Translations under genes and position numbers: made by a program
Origin: Terriglobales bacterium
Lineage (GTDB): Bacteria; Acidobacteriota; Terriglobia; Terriglobales; Acidobacteriaceae
Direction: 5' to 3'
Assembly: GCA_038205325.1 (NCBI GenBank)
Contig: JBBRCA010000001.1
Location: 4,603-68,602 of the forward strand
Length of the DNA stretch: 64,000 nucleotides
Notes under the pieces: model-generated
What the model saw: the letters and a program-made list of their open reading frames with translations, nothing else
Told to the model about the DNA's origin: nothing
The model's database searches: none
Shown here: positions 8,704-19,216 of the stretch, in pieces
Layout: each line of letters opens with the position of its first letter
How positions within the stretch are numbered: position 1 is the stretch's first letter

Positions 8704-10221
8704 CTACCGCAGCCCCACCTTCATCATCCCAAAACTCCCCAACCAACCCGACAACCCACCCACCAACTCCGAACCAACCCGCACACCCGCCTCCTGCACT
8801 TTTCCCGTCCCCTGCGCGCCGTCGATCGCATCGCGCAGCTTCCGCGCCAGCGTCACATCAAACCCCTCGCCGATAAACACCTTGTCCCCCGCCAGCGTCA
8901 ACAGCACATCGCCCTCGTTGGTCGAGTACACCCGCTCGGCGCCGTCCACTTCATCCTTTGTGCGCCGCTTCAGGCCCGAATATTTTCGCGGCAACTGCCC
9001 CTCGTAGACCGTAAAGAACCCTTGCGCCGATTCCACATTCTTCCATCGCGAGCTGTACATCAACGCCAGCGACGCCGTCGAGTCCTTGTCCACTGCTGTC
9101 TTCTTTTGCGCCGCATAGTAAATCCCGCCATTCCACTCCGGTGCCAGCGCTTCCGCCATCGGTTTGCCGCCAAACAACTCCGTTGTAATTCGCACGTCCA
9201 ACTCGCCCATCACGCCGATATCGTAAGGCGCAAACCCCGCTGCATCCAGCAACGGATGAATGTCCGGCATCCGCATCACGGGGACCGCCGCGTGGGCCAG
9301 GTAGGCCGCAGGATGCAGCACCTCGAAGCTGGAACTCGGCGGCCTATCCAACGTCCCCGCGAACGCGCGTTGCGTGCCCGCGCGTATCAGGATCGTTTCT
9401 TCAAATCCCAGTCCCTCGACATACGGAAACACCAGCGCCTGTTGCAGCAGAAGCGGTGCCCGCGCCATCACCGGAGACCCTGTCATATCGCCTGCGCCCG
9501 CCTCGATCCGCGCCGCCATATCCGGCACGTCCTTCATCGTCTTGCCCGAATCCTTGAGCGCATAGTCGCCGAACGTGAGCATTGCCTGGCCTTCAAGCAC
9601 CGCCTGTCGTGCTGTGTCCGTCTCGTCTACCGCGATGTGGCGATTGTCTCCCACCACGTCTTTCGCTACGCCCTTCACTTCCTGGTCGGTCCACTTTTCC
9701 AGACCCAGTCGCTGGTCCTGCAATGCGTGCGTCAGCTCATGCGCCATCACCGGCAACTGCTGGTCCTCAGGCACCCAATTCAGCAGCGTCATCAATTGCG
9801 TCTTAGGCTCGTAATAGCCCGCAATCTGCTCGGTTAACAAACTCAACAAGAACGGCCGCAGATGGAAGCCACGGTCCAGCAGCCCAAACTTCTTCAGCAC
9901 CAACTCGCTGCGCTCCATGCGCTTGGCGCCCTCGTCCTCATCGAACTTTTTGCGCAACTCCGCAGCCACCGCCTCGCGCGAAATGAACACTCCCTTGACC
10001 GGCCGCTTCACCGCGAGCCTGGTATCTGCGCTGACAAACTTCAGGGTCGCGTCGATATCGTTGAGCAGCACCTTCTGCTGGTTTTTGGTGAGGAGGATTT
10101 CGGGTTTGGCAGCGGCCTCCTGCGCCACCGCGACCCCGCTCAATCCCACCGCTACCACGGCCGCCCGCAACCCCATTCCCCACAACCGCTCGCTCAACCC
10201 AATCCTCCAACGCTCAATCAA
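8704..10221 (-). CDS. Exported hypothetical protein with zincin-like HExxH motif
   Basis: N-terminal signal-like segment, IAGYYEP, VMAHELTHALQDQ, AVLEGQAM. True start may be ATG 10176. Confidence 0.7.
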   Translation of the reverse strand: MIERWRIGLSERLWGMGLRAAVVAVGLSGVAVAQEAAAKPEILLTKNQQKVLLNDIDATLKFVSADTRLAVKRPVKGVFISREAVAAELRKKFDEDEGAKRMERSELVLKKFGLLDRGFHLRPFLLSLLTEQIAGYYEPKTQLMTLLNWVPEDQQLPVMAHELTHALQDQRLGLEKWTDQEVKGVAKDVVGDNRHIAVDETDTARQAVLEGQAMLTFGDYALKDSGKTMKDVPDMAARIEAGAGDMTGSPVMARAPLLLQQALVFPYVEGLGFEETILIRAGTQRAFAGTLDRPPSSSFEVLHPAAYLAHAAVPVMRMPDIHPLLDAAGFAPYDIGVMGELDVRITTELFGGKPMAEALAPEWNGGIYYAAQKKTAVDKDSTASLALMYSSRWKNVESAQGFFTVYEGQLPRKYSGLKRRTKDEVDGAERVYSTNEGDVLLTLAGDKVFIGEGFDVTLARKLRDAIDGAQGTGKVQEAGVRVGSELVGGLSGWLGSFGMMKVGLR

Positions 10222-10287
10222 ACTTCAACTTCCAGTGTACGCAGTAACACAATCGCGAGTCTTCTTTGCCGGATTAGAATCAAAGCA

Positions 10288-11097
10288 ATGGAAGTTTTCG
10301 ATGACGACCTCACGAAGTTCGCGGCCGAAGGCGCTACACCCTTGCCAATCCCGGACATCGAGGGGTATGTCGATCACAAGGGCGCGAAAATTTATTACTC
10401 CACGTATGGGTCCGGTCGGCCCATAATCCTGTTGCACGGCGGTCTGGGCCATCGCGGAAATTGGGGCAGCCAGGTCCCGGCCCTACTCGCCAGTGGATAC
10501 CGCGCCATACTTATAGACAGTCGCGGTCATGGTCGCAGCACCCGTGATGAGCGCCCGTATACCTACGAACTTATGGCTTCCGATGTCCTCGCCGTTATGG
10601 ATTCTCTTCAACTCGATCAAGCCGTTCTCGTCGGCTGGAGCGATGGCGCATGCACGGCGCTGATCCTTGCCGCCGAGGCCCCCACGCGGGTCGCAGGTGT
10701 CTTCTTTTTTGCCTGCAACATGGATCCCAGCGGCGTAAAACCATTCCAAACCACGCCAGCCTTGGACCGCTGTTTCAGCCGTCACGCGAAAGATTATGAC
10801 GACCTATCGACCATGCCCGGTCGCTTTGAAGACTTTGTAAAAGCAGTCAGTCTTATGCAGCAAACACAGCCGAACTGGACGGCGGACGACTTGGCCAACA
10901 TCGCCGTTCCCGTCACCATCGTCCAAAGCGAGCGCGACGAATTCATCCTCCCCGAACACGCCGCCTATCTTGCGGGAACCATTCCGAACGCGGAACTCGT
11001 CATCCTGAAGGGTGTCAGCCACTTCGCTCCTTTGCAAAGGCCATTGCAATTCAACACTGCCGTGCTTGCCTTCGCAAACAAAGTTTTTCCCGCATAA
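10288..11097 (+). CDS. Alpha/beta hydrolase
   Basis: LLHGGLG, IDSRGHGRS, nucleophile elbow GWSDG, C-terminal GVSHF. Start at ATG 10288; the upstream part of the 411-aa ORF is antisense shadow. Confidence 0.92.
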   Translation: MEVFDDDLTKFAAEGATPLPIPDIEGYVDHKGAKIYYSTYGSGRPIILLHGGLGHRGNWGSQVPALLASGYRAILIDSRGHGRSTRDERPYTYELMASDVLAVMDSLQLDQAVLVGWSDGACTALILAAEAPTRVAGVFFFACNMDPSGVKPFQTTPALDRCFSRHAKDYDDLSTMPGRFEDFVKAVSLMQQTQPNWTADDLANIAVPVTIVQSERDEFILPEHAAYLAGTIPNAELVILKGVSHFAPLQRPLQFNTAVLAFANKVFPA

Positions 11098-11111
11098 AGG
11101 ACACCACAGCC

Positions 11112-12080
11112 GTGCCCACCACCCCTCAATCCGAACTTACCGCCATCCTCACCGGCGCAGCTATCGTCCCGCTCGACGACCGCGCCTTCCTCCGCATCGC
11201 CGGAAGCGACGCGACCCGCTGGCTCAACGGCATGGTCACCAACTCTGTTCAGTCTCTTACTCCGGGTGAAGGCAACTACAACTTCCTGCTCAACGCCCAG
11301 GGCCGCATCCAGGGAGACGGCAACATCTACCGCGACACCGCCACCGAAGAGTTCCTGCTCGAAACCGACCGCACGCAAGTCGCCGCCCTCCAGCAACACC
11401 TTGATCGTTTCATCATCATGGACGACGTTGAATTACTCCCCATCATGGACGACCAGCGCGCTCTCCTGCTCGCCGGCCCGCGCGCCGCCGACCGCCTCAC
11501 AGCGCTCGCGCTTCCAACGCCCGCCGCGCTCCACATCGCGCGGGCTATGTACGACGGCCAGCCCATCCTCATTCTCGCTCCCCCCGCGCCGCTGGTTCCG
11601 CGCTATGAGGTGTGGGCAGAGCCTGAAACCATCGCCACGCTCCGCACAGCCCTCCAAGCCACGCACGTCTCCTCCGAAGCGCTCGAAAATCTGCGCCTCC
11701 TCGAAGGCCGTCCCCGCTTCGGCCAGGACATCCGCGACCGCCATCTTGCCCAGGAAACCAATCAGACTCACGCCTTGCATTTCTCGAAAGGCTGTTACCT
11801 CGGCCAGGAAATCGTCGAGCGCATCCGCTCGCGCGGCCAGGTCCACCGCACCTTCAGCGGCTTCCGCCTCTCCGCCCTGCCCGTCTCGCTCCCCACGCCG
11901 CTCACGCTCGATGGCAAACCTGCGGGCGAACTCACCAGCGCGTCCATCCTCCCGCTCCCTGAGGGTGAAATGCCGTTCGCGCTGGGCTACATTCACCGTG
12001 AAGCTATTGAACGCAACGCCCCCCTCGCCTTCGACGGCGGCGCAGCGACCCCCATGACGCTCCCATTCCACCCATCCTGA
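11112..12080 (+). CDS. ygfZ: YgfZ/GcvT-family folate-binding protein
   Basis: Signature KGCYLGQEIVER, DATRWLNGMVTN, LNAQGRI. Confidence 0.92.
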   Translation: MPTTPQSELTAILTGAAIVPLDDRAFLRIAGSDATRWLNGMVTNSVQSLTPGEGNYNFLLNAQGRIQGDGNIYRDTATEEFLLETDRTQVAALQQHLDRFIIMDDVELLPIMDDQRALLLAGPRAADRLTALALPTPAALHIARAMYDGQPILILAPPAPLVPRYEVWAEPETIATLRTALQATHVSSEALENLRLLEGRPRFGQDIRDRHLAQETNQTHALHFSKGCYLGQEIVERIRSRGQVHRTFSGFRLSALPVSLPTPLTLDGKPAGELTSASILPLPEGEMPFALGYIHREAIERNAPLAFDGGAATPMTLPFHPS

Positions 12081-12187
12081 GCGACAATACAATCAGCAGC
12101 CTTACGGCGCGTTTGAACTTTGCGCGCGTTGCGACAAAGCTGTTGCTGCTACTTTCCCCATCCAGCACAAAGAAACTGAGAACCCAC

Positions 12188-12832
12188 ATGGCCGACAAAC
12201 CTTTCGTAGTCAACGACCGCCGCAAGTTCAACGCCGACGGCGATCCCCGTCCCGACGCCCCGCCTTCCGAGCCGCGCCCACCCCGCGAGCCCGCGCCCAT
12301 CGAGTCCTCCGCCTCCCACGCGCAGCCCAAAGGCCCGCAAGCCGTCCCCGACGCCAAACCTCAAACCACAGCCGGGGCCGCAACCGACTCCGAATCCGGT
12401 CGCGAAGACCTGCCGCCACCGCCCACAGCCGAGCAGAACGACCAGGCCGTCCGCGCCTACGACGCCACCGTCGAGCGGCTCGACACCGCCATCCGCGCCG
12501 CCAACCCCGGCATGGAGCGCGTGCCCGACATGAGCTTCGAACGCCTCATCCAATCCGTTTATATGCAGGCCATCATGCAGCTTGGCGGCGGCTCTGAACC
12601 CGGCCAGCAGCCCCAGGTCGACCTCCTAGGCGCGCGCCAATCCATCGACATGCTCGGCATCCTCGCCGAAAAATCCAAAGGCAACCTCAGCGCAGCCGAA
12701 GACCGCCTCCTCAGCTCCGCGCTTTTTGAGGCTCGCATGGGTTTCCTCGAAGTCACGCAACTCCTAGCCCGCCAGGCCGCAGCCAAACAGCCCGGCGGCG
12801 GCGCCCCCAACGGCCCCAGCATCGTCCGCTAA
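12188..12832 (+). CDS. DUF1844 domain protein
   Basis: FVVNDRRKF N-terminus, Pro-rich linker, then DLLGARQSIDMLGILAEKSKGNLSAAE typical of DUF1844. Confidence 0.8.
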   Translation: MADKPFVVNDRRKFNADGDPRPDAPPSEPRPPREPAPIESSASHAQPKGPQAVPDAKPQTTAGAATDSESGREDLPPPPTAEQNDQAVRAYDATVERLDTAIRAANPGMERVPDMSFERLIQSVYMQAIMQLGGGSEPGQQPQVDLLGARQSIDMLGILAEKSKGNLSAAEDRLLSSALFEARMGFLEVTQLLARQAAAKQPGGGAPNGPSIVR

Positions 12833-12854
12833 TTTCATCCGCTAACTTCAAACG

Positions 12855-13661
12855 ATGCGCGCAACCCTCACCTTCCTCGGCAGCGGCACCTCCATGGGCG
12901 TACCCACGCTCGGCTGCAAATGCGCCGTCTGCACCGACGCGGTTAAACCCGACTCGCCCAACCGCCGCACCCGGCCATCGCTGCGCATCGACTTCAACAG
13001 CCATAATGTCCTGATCGACACTGGCCCCGACTTCCACGCTCAGGCCATCCGCGAGGCCATCCACCACGTCGACGCCGTCCTCTACACGCACGGTCACGCC
13101 GACCACATCCTCGGCATGGACGACCTCCGCCCCCTCACCTTCCGCCTCCCCGACGGCCTTCCGCTCTACGCCGATGAAGCCACGTCCAAAATCATAGAGC
13201 GCGTCTTCGAATACACCTTCCGCAAAATCGACCGCTACCCCACCAGCGCTCGCGTCGTTCTCCACCCTCTGCCCGAAGCCCCCGGCGCAGAGATCCCCCT
13301 TTTCGGCGCAAAGTTCATGTGCGTCCCCGTCACTCACGGACGCCACACCATTAGCGGCTTCCGCTTCGGCTCCGCCGCCTACCTCACCGACATGAGCGAC
13401 ATCCCCCCCGAAAGCGTGCCGCTGCTGCAAGGCCTCGACATCCTCATCCTCGATGCGCTGCGCCGCGAACCGCATCCCAGCCACTCTCATCTCGCGCGCT
13501 CGCTCGAGTTCGTCGAACAACTCAAGCCGCGCCGCGCCTTCTTCACCCACATCTCGCACGACCTCGACCACGAAACCATCAACGCTACGCTACCTCCCAA
13601 CGTCCGCCTCGCCCACGACGGCCTGCAACTTGAATTCGAAATCGCGAGCGAATCCGCCTGA
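12855..13661 (+). CDS. MBL-fold metallo-hydrolase (PhnP/YycJ-like)
   Basis: FLGSGTSMGVP, LIDTGPDF, THGHADHILG, YLTD, HPSHS, THISH. Confidence 0.93.
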   Translation: MRATLTFLGSGTSMGVPTLGCKCAVCTDAVKPDSPNRRTRPSLRIDFNSHNVLIDTGPDFHAQAIREAIHHVDAVLYTHGHADHILGMDDLRPLTFRLPDGLPLYADEATSKIIERVFEYTFRKIDRYPTSARVVLHPLPEAPGAEIPLFGAKFMCVPVTHGRHTISGFRFGSAAYLTDMSDIPPESVPLLQGLDILILDALRREPHPSHSHLARSLEFVEQLKPRRAFFTHISHDLDHETINATLPPNVRLAHDGLQLEFEIASESA

Positions 13662-14668
13662 TGCAAATTATTCGCTCCCTCAGCGAACTCACGAGTCCGC
13701 CGCGTCCCTCGGTGGTCACCATCGGCAACTTCGACGGCGTCCACCGCGGCCACCGCATGGTCATAGACGCCGTCATCGCCCGCGCCCACGAATTGAGCGC
13801 CGCTACAGTGGAACCCGTTCAAGCCGTCGCCGTCACCTTCGACCCTCACCCCGCACGCGTCCTCAATCCCGAAGCCCCGTTCGCCGATCAAGTCCGCCTC
13901 ATCACCCCGCTCCCCCGCAAGCTCGAACTCCTCGCCGCCACTGGCCTCGACGCCACGCTCGTCCTCCCCTTCACGCCCGAGTTCGCCGCCTGGACCGCGC
14001 AACAATTCGCCACCCGCGTCCTCCACGACGCCCTCCACGCCGTCGAAGTCCACGAGGGCGAAACCTTCCGCTTCGGCCACGAAGCCGCCGGAAACGTCAC
14101 CAGCCTCACCCAACTCGGCCACGACCTTGGCTTCAAAGTCCGCACCTTCGATCCGCTCATCCTGCGCCGCGCCCCCGTCTCCTCCAGCCGTATCCGCACC
14201 CTCATCGCGACGGGCGAGATGAATCAGGCCCGCGCGCTCCTGGGCCGCCCCTTCAGCATTTGCTCCACCCCAGCGCCCGGCCGTGGATACGGCACACGCT
14301 ACACCGTCCCCACCATCAACCTCGCGCCCTACGCCGACCTGCTCCCCGCCAACTGCGTCTACATCACCACTCTCGAGGTGGGGGGCCGCAGCTTCCGCGC
14401 CGTCACCAACTGTGGCAACCGGCCCACCTTCGGCGCGGACTCCTTCGCCGTCGAGTCGTACTGTCTCAACTTCGAGCCTCTCCCCCTCACCGAAGCCACC
14501 CCACTCGAACTCACCTTCCTCCACCGCCTCCGCAACGAAACGCGCTTCCCAACCCCCGAAGCCCTCCGCACCCAAATCGGGATGGACATAAGAAAAGCAG
14601 AACGCTACTTCGCCCTCTGCGACGCGCTCCAAACGGGCGATCGAACAACTGACATCCACCAACTCTGA
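13661..14668 (+). CDS. ribF: Bifunctional riboflavin kinase/FAD synthetase
   Basis: TIGNFDGVHRGH, TFDPHP, FRFG, GRGYG...PTINL, NCGNRPTF. Confidence 0.94.
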   Translation: MQIIRSLSELTSPPRPSVVTIGNFDGVHRGHRMVIDAVIARAHELSAATVEPVQAVAVTFDPHPARVLNPEAPFADQVRLITPLPRKLELLAATGLDATLVLPFTPEFAAWTAQQFATRVLHDALHAVEVHEGETFRFGHEAAGNVTSLTQLGHDLGFKVRTFDPLILRRAPVSSSRIRTLIATGEMNQARALLGRPFSICSTPAPGRGYGTRYTVPTINLAPYADLLPANCVYITTLEVGGRSFRAVTNCGNRPTFGADSFAVESYCLNFEPLPLTEATPLELTFLHRLRNETRFPTPEALRTQIGMDIRKAERYFALCDALQTGDRTTDIHQL

Positions 14669-14696
14669 GCCCAACCCTCTCAAAGTCGCTGCAGTT

Positions 14697-17174
14697 CTAT
14701 TCTTTCGGCGACTCTTTCGGCGCAACAGACGGTGCAGTGGCAGGCGCACTCGCCGGAACCCTCACAATCGGCGCGGGCGCAGTGTCCCTCGGCGCTTCCG
14801 CAGGCGGAAGCGGAGGCGCATCCGCCGGAACCTTTGGCGTCGCATCACCCTCCGGCACCTCATCCTTCATATCGCTACCGTCCTCTTTCGGAAGCTTCGG
14901 AACATCCTCATCCGTCGGTTCAACGGGAAGGTCCAACTGCTTCTTCGGCGCATTCGGTTTCGAGAAGCTCTCATTCGGCTTGCCCGCCACCGCCGCTTTC
15001 ATAAAGTCCATCCACATCGGCAGCGCCGCCTTCGCGCCGGTCTCCTTCTTGCCCAGCGACTCGCGATCGTCGAACCCGATCCACGTTCCGCACGTCACCG
15101 ATGGAGAGAACCCGATGAACCACGCGTCCGTATAGTTGTTCGTCGTCCCCGTTTTTCCGCCCAGCGCGTGCTTCATCGACGCGGCCTCGGCCCCCGTCCC
15201 CTGCCGCACCACAGCCTGCAACAAGATCATCATGGTCCGCGCGGTGTCCACAGAAATCACTTCGCGCACCTCCGCCGTCGGCTCCTGCACCTGCAATCCG
15301 TCGGTCTGCACGACCTTGCGAATGTAGTGTGGCTGGATGCGAATCCCATCGTTCGGAAACACGCTGTACGCTCCCACCTGCTCGGCCAGCGTAATATCTG
15401 CCGCCCCAATCGCCACCGGAAGAAACGCCGGCATATTGCTTGTAATCCCAAACCGTTTGGCCGTCGCAATCACCTTCGTAATGCCGTATTTATTCGCCAG
15501 CCGCAGCGCCGGTATATTGCGCGACTCCGCAAAGGCCTCGGTCAGCGTCATGTTTCCCTTGTACCCGGCCTCGTAGTTGTGCGGCGTATACGGCCCATTC
15601 GGCGTGTAGAAACTCGTCGGCGCATCAACCACAATGCTGCTCGGCTTCTCCCCCGCTTCGATCGCCGTCGTATACACATAGGGCTTGAACGACGACCCCA
15701 CCTGCCTCTGCGCCTGGGTCGCGCGATTGAACTGCGATAATGCAAAGTCGCGCCCACCCACCATCGCCAGCACTTCGCCGTTCGAGTTGTCGACGGCCAT
15801 CAACGAAGCCTGCGCGCCACTGTCCTGCTCCAACACCACCTTCGGCCCCTCGCCGCCCGTCGCGCTCACCACCTTCACGTACACCACGTCGCCGGGCCGC
15901 ACCAACGCATCGCCTTTGAACTTCTGTGTCCACGCCCAATCCGCCGCGGTCATCGTCGCCCGCTGCGACCCCAGCTTGACGACAATTTTTGCGGCCGTTG
16001 CCTGCATCACCAACGCATGAACATAAGCCCCATCGGCAATCGGCTGCGACCAGTCGGGATGCTTGTAACTCTCCAAATCGCTTCTGCCATTTACCACATT
16101 TTGCAACTTGCCCTTCCATCCCTGCCTGCGTTCATACCTCGCCGTGCCTTCGAGAACAGCCTTGTTCGCCACCCGCTGCAAATCGATGTCGAGCGTCGTA
16201 AACACCCGCAAGCCCGCGCCGTGCGTCTCTTCAACACCGTACTCTTTCTCCAGTTGACGCCGGACTTCTTCCACAAAATACGGAGCCTCCGTATTCACAG
16301 GCGTCTCGATATGCAGTCCCAGCGGCGCGGCCTTGGCCTCTGCCGCTTGCGCCCCCGTAATCTTCTTGTCTTGCAGCATCTCGTTCAGCACCAGGTTGCG
16401 CCGCCGCAGCGCGCGCTCCGGATGACGTACCGGCGAATACTCCTCCGGCCCTTTCGGCAACGCCGCAAGCAGCGCCGCCTCGGCCAGCGTCAGGTCATGC
16501 ACATGCTTCGAGAAGTAATATTCCGACGCCGCTTCGAAACCATACGTCCCACGCCCCACATAAATCTGATTCGCATACAGTGTAAAAATCTGTTGCTTCG
16601 TAAACCGGCGCTCGATTTGCAGCGTCAAAAATATCTCCTGAAGTTTGCGCCCATACGTTTTCTCCGACGATAAAAACAAATTGCGCGCGAGCTGCATCGT
16701 CAACGTCGACGCGCCCTGTGCTTTTCCCTTCGAATGCACGTCGTGGTACGCTGCGCTCGCCGCGCGCGCCAGGTTGATCCCTCCGTTGCTCTCGAAGTGC
16801 TTGTCTTCTATCGAATAAATCGCCTGCTTCAACGGCTCCGGAAACTCGCTGTACGGCACCACCACCCGCCGTTCCAGCGCGAACGACCCAAACACTTTTC
16901 CGTGAATGTCATAAAGCTCGGTCGTGGTACTGGGCCGATACCGCGCCAACTCGTCCATCTGCGGCATGTTGACCGAGTACACCAGCATCAACCCGACCAT
17001 CACGCCAAACACAGCGGACGCCCCCAGCAGCGCCAGAAAAGCCGACCGCACGGCCAACTTGCGCGTCGGATAAGTCGGCTCCCGAAAACGATTCAGAAAC
17101 CGCCGCCACGCAGATCTGCCGTCGACCTCGTGGACCTCGCGCTCTTCCATTTCGTTCGGATCAATGCTGGACAC
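14697..17174 (-). CDS. mrcA: Penicillin-binding protein 1A (bifunctional transglycosylase/transpeptidase)
   Basis: IEDKHF, QGASTLTMQLARNLF, RKLQE, SxxK (SSFK), SxN (SRN), KTG (GKTGTT). Confidence 0.93.
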   Translation of the reverse strand: MSSIDPNEMEEREVHEVDGRSAWRRFLNRFREPTYPTRKLAVRSAFLALLGASAVFGVMVGLMLVYSVNMPQMDELARYRPSTTTELYDIHGKVFGSFALERRVVVPYSEFPEPLKQAIYSIEDKHFESNGGINLARAASAAYHDVHSKGKAQGASTLTMQLARNLFLSSEKTYGRKLQEIFLTLQIERRFTKQQIFTLYANQIYVGRGTYGFEAASEYYFSKHVHDLTLAEAALLAALPKGPEEYSPVRHPERALRRRNLVLNEMLQDKKITGAQAAEAKAAPLGLHIETPVNTEAPYFVEEVRRQLEKEYGVEETHGAGLRVFTTLDIDLQRVANKAVLEGTARYERRQGWKGKLQNVVNGRSDLESYKHPDWSQPIADGAYVHALVMQATAAKIVVKLGSQRATMTAADWAWTQKFKGDALVRPGDVVYVKVVSATGGEGPKVVLEQDSGAQASLMAVDNSNGEVLAMVGGRDFALSQFNRATQAQRQVGSSFKPYVYTTAIEAGEKPSSIVVDAPTSFYTPNGPYTPHNYEAGYKGNMTLTEAFAESRNIPALRLANKYGITKVIATAKRFGITSNMPAFLPVAIGAADITLAEQVGAYSVFPNDGIRIQPHYIRKVVQTDGLQVQEPTAEVREVISVDTARTMMILLQAVVRQGTGAEAASMKHALGGKTGTTNNYTDAWFIGFSPSVTCGTWIGFDDRESLGKKETGAKAALPMWMDFMKAAVAGKPNESFSKPNAPKKQLDLPVEPTDEDVPKLPKEDGSDMKDEVPEGDATPKVPADAPPLPPAEAPRDTAPAPIVRVPASAPATAPSVAPKESPKE

Positions 17175-17314
17175 GGCTTAAGTTTACGATGCCAAAAATC
17201 CCAGCCGCGCACTCTTGCTACAGTCTTTACCCGCTGCAGAAAGGGCAACACAGCGCACCCGTAACGCATCCGATTCGCACACAGGAGATTTTCTCCTGAA
17301 GGAGAAATACCAAC

Positions 17315-17530
17315 ATGCCACAAACCGCTCATAACAACGCCGCAGAGATGCACGAGCACGCTGCGAAATCTCACCGTACAGCCGCGGAACATCACAACAA
17401 AGGCGAACACGATAAAGGCCACCAGGAATCGAACCGGGCGCACGAGCACTCCGTCAAGGCACATGAGGGTTCGAAACAAGCTCATGGGAAATCGGAATCG
17501 AGCAACTCCGGCGGACAAAAGAAAATGTAA
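17315..17530 (+). CDS. Small His-rich hypothetical protein (71 aa)
   Basis: AAGGAGA RBS. 12 His residues in a helical Ala/Glu/His pattern. Confidence 0.8.
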   Translation: MPQTAHNNAAEMHEHAAKSHRTAAEHHNKGEHDKGHQESNRAHEHSVKAHEGSKQAHGKSESSNSGGQKKM

Positions 17531-17580
17531 TGCAATGGCCTGACTCAATGGGACTGTAGCGGATACAGTCCCATTGTTTT

Positions 17581-19200
17581 CTAATTCGTATTGCCTGATC
17601 TGGCAGGACCGAATCCATCATGTGCTGGATTGAAGTTGAGAAGCGCTTCGCGGGCCGCGAAGTGACCGCACATTCCATGCACGCCGCCTCCAGGCGGAGT
17701 GGAAGACGAACAGAGATAAATGTGTTTCGCGGGCGTGCCGTACAAGCGCCAGGTCGGGCGCAAAAAGAGTTGACTCAGGTCGGCCACGCCACCGCCGATG
17801 TCTCCACCGACCAGGTTGGCATTGTGGCGCTCAAGATCGGAAGTGAGCAGAACGCTCTTGCTCAGGATTTGACGGCGGAACCCCGGAGCGAAACGTTCGA
17901 CTTGATCTTCGATCCTCGGCATCGCGTCGACGACGGACCCATTCGGAACGTGGCAGTACGCCCAGGCGATATGCTTTCCGTTGGGGGCGCGCGTGGGATC
18001 GAACAGCGTGGGCTGGGCCAGCAAAACGAAGGGCTTATCGCAAATCGTGCCTTCCCACGGGGCTCGCTCGGAAGCCGCGATTTCCTCCAACGTTCCACCC
18101 AGATGCACGGTACCGGCGCGCGCGCATTCTTCGGCTTTCCACGGTATGGGCCCATCCAGCGCCCAGTCGACTTTGCAGACGCCGGGGCCGTAGCGATACG
18201 CTTCGAGACTGCGGCGAAAGCCAGCCGGAAAACGCAGGCCGTCGATGTGCAGCAGTTGGCGGGGTGTCACATCGAACAGGATCGTTTGTGTGGGCGGAAG
18301 TTGTTCGAGCGATCCCACGTTGAAGCCAGTCACAATCTCTCCACCCAGCGACCGCAGGTACGACGCCAGCGCGTTTGCGATACTCTGCGACCCGCCCCGC
18401 GCGATGGGCCAGCCCACCCGGTGCGCCACCGCACCCAGCACCAGCCCGAACGCCGCGCTCGGCATCCGTTCCAGCGGCAAAATCGAATGCGCTGCCAGGC
18501 CCGCGAAGAGGGCGCGCGCCCGCGCGTCTTTGAAGGTGCTGTTGGCAAAACCCCTCGCCGAGCGTATGGCCTTCAGCCCGAATCGTGCGGCGGCGATCGG
18601 ATGGCGCGGAAAGCGCGGTGGCCCAAGCACGAGCGGTTCAAGTTTCGGCCAGTCGGAAACGATCGGAGTCATCAATCCGGCGTAACGGCGACCGTCCTCG
18701 CCCATGCCCTGCGCGGTCTTCTCGATCGACATCTCCAGCAGGACGGCCGTGCCATCGTCGAGAGGATGGGCCAACGGGGCGGCCGGCTGGATCCATTCAA
18801 GCCCATGCTCGGCCAGCGGCAGCGTACGAAAAAAAGGCGAGATAAGGCCCATCGGATGCACCGCGGAGCACACGTCGTGCATGAACCCCGGCAGCGTCAA
18901 CTCCGCCGACCGCGTGCCGCCACCAATGTCCGGCTGACCTTCGAGCACCAACACAGTGCGGCCCGCCCGCGCGATAGTGATGGCGGCCGCCAGACCGTTC
19001 GGTCCGGAGCCGACGACGACTGCATCGTATGTCTGGCGAGCGAAATCTTCGTGCGTTCCTATGCCGTGCCACCCCGTAGATTGCAAAAGTCTTTCGGAGT
19101 CCTCACGCAGACTCTTAAAGCCCCGGAGAGAATGTCGAAGGACATAATCGGAGCCTATCTTAAACAGAAGACCCGCGCGACGTTCATCGCGCGGGCCCAT
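17581..19200 (-). CDS. Phytoene desaturase-like NAD(P)/FAD-dependent oxidoreductase
   Basis: YDAVVVGSGPNGL, GGGTRS, HDVCSAVHP, YLCSSSTPPGGGVHGMCG. True start is probably downstream of 19200 (e.g. TTG 19086). Confidence 0.9.
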   Translation of the reverse strand: MGPRDERRAGLLFKIGSDYVLRHSLRGFKSLREDSERLLQSTGWHGIGTHEDFARQTYDAVVVGSGPNGLAAAITIARAGRTVLVLEGQPDIGGGTRSAELTLPGFMHDVCSAVHPMGLISPFFRTLPLAEHGLEWIQPAAPLAHPLDDGTAVLLEMSIEKTAQGMGEDGRRYAGLMTPIVSDWPKLEPLVLGPPRFPRHPIAAARFGLKAIRSARGFANSTFKDARARALFAGLAAHSILPLERMPSAAFGLVLGAVAHRVGWPIARGGSQSIANALASYLRSLGGEIVTGFNVGSLEQLPPTQTILFDVTPRQLLHIDGLRFPAGFRRSLEAYRYGPGVCKVDWALDGPIPWKAEECARAGTVHLGGTLEEIAASERAPWEGTICDKPFVLLAQPTLFDPTRAPNGKHIAWAYCHVPNGSVVDAMPRIEDQVERFAPGFRRQILSKSVLLTSDLERHNANLVGGDIGGGVADLSQLFLRPTWRLYGTPAKHIYLCSSSTPPGGGVHGMCGHFAAREALLNFNPAHDGFGPARSGNTN

Positions 19201-19216
19201 TGCATAGCCACAACAT

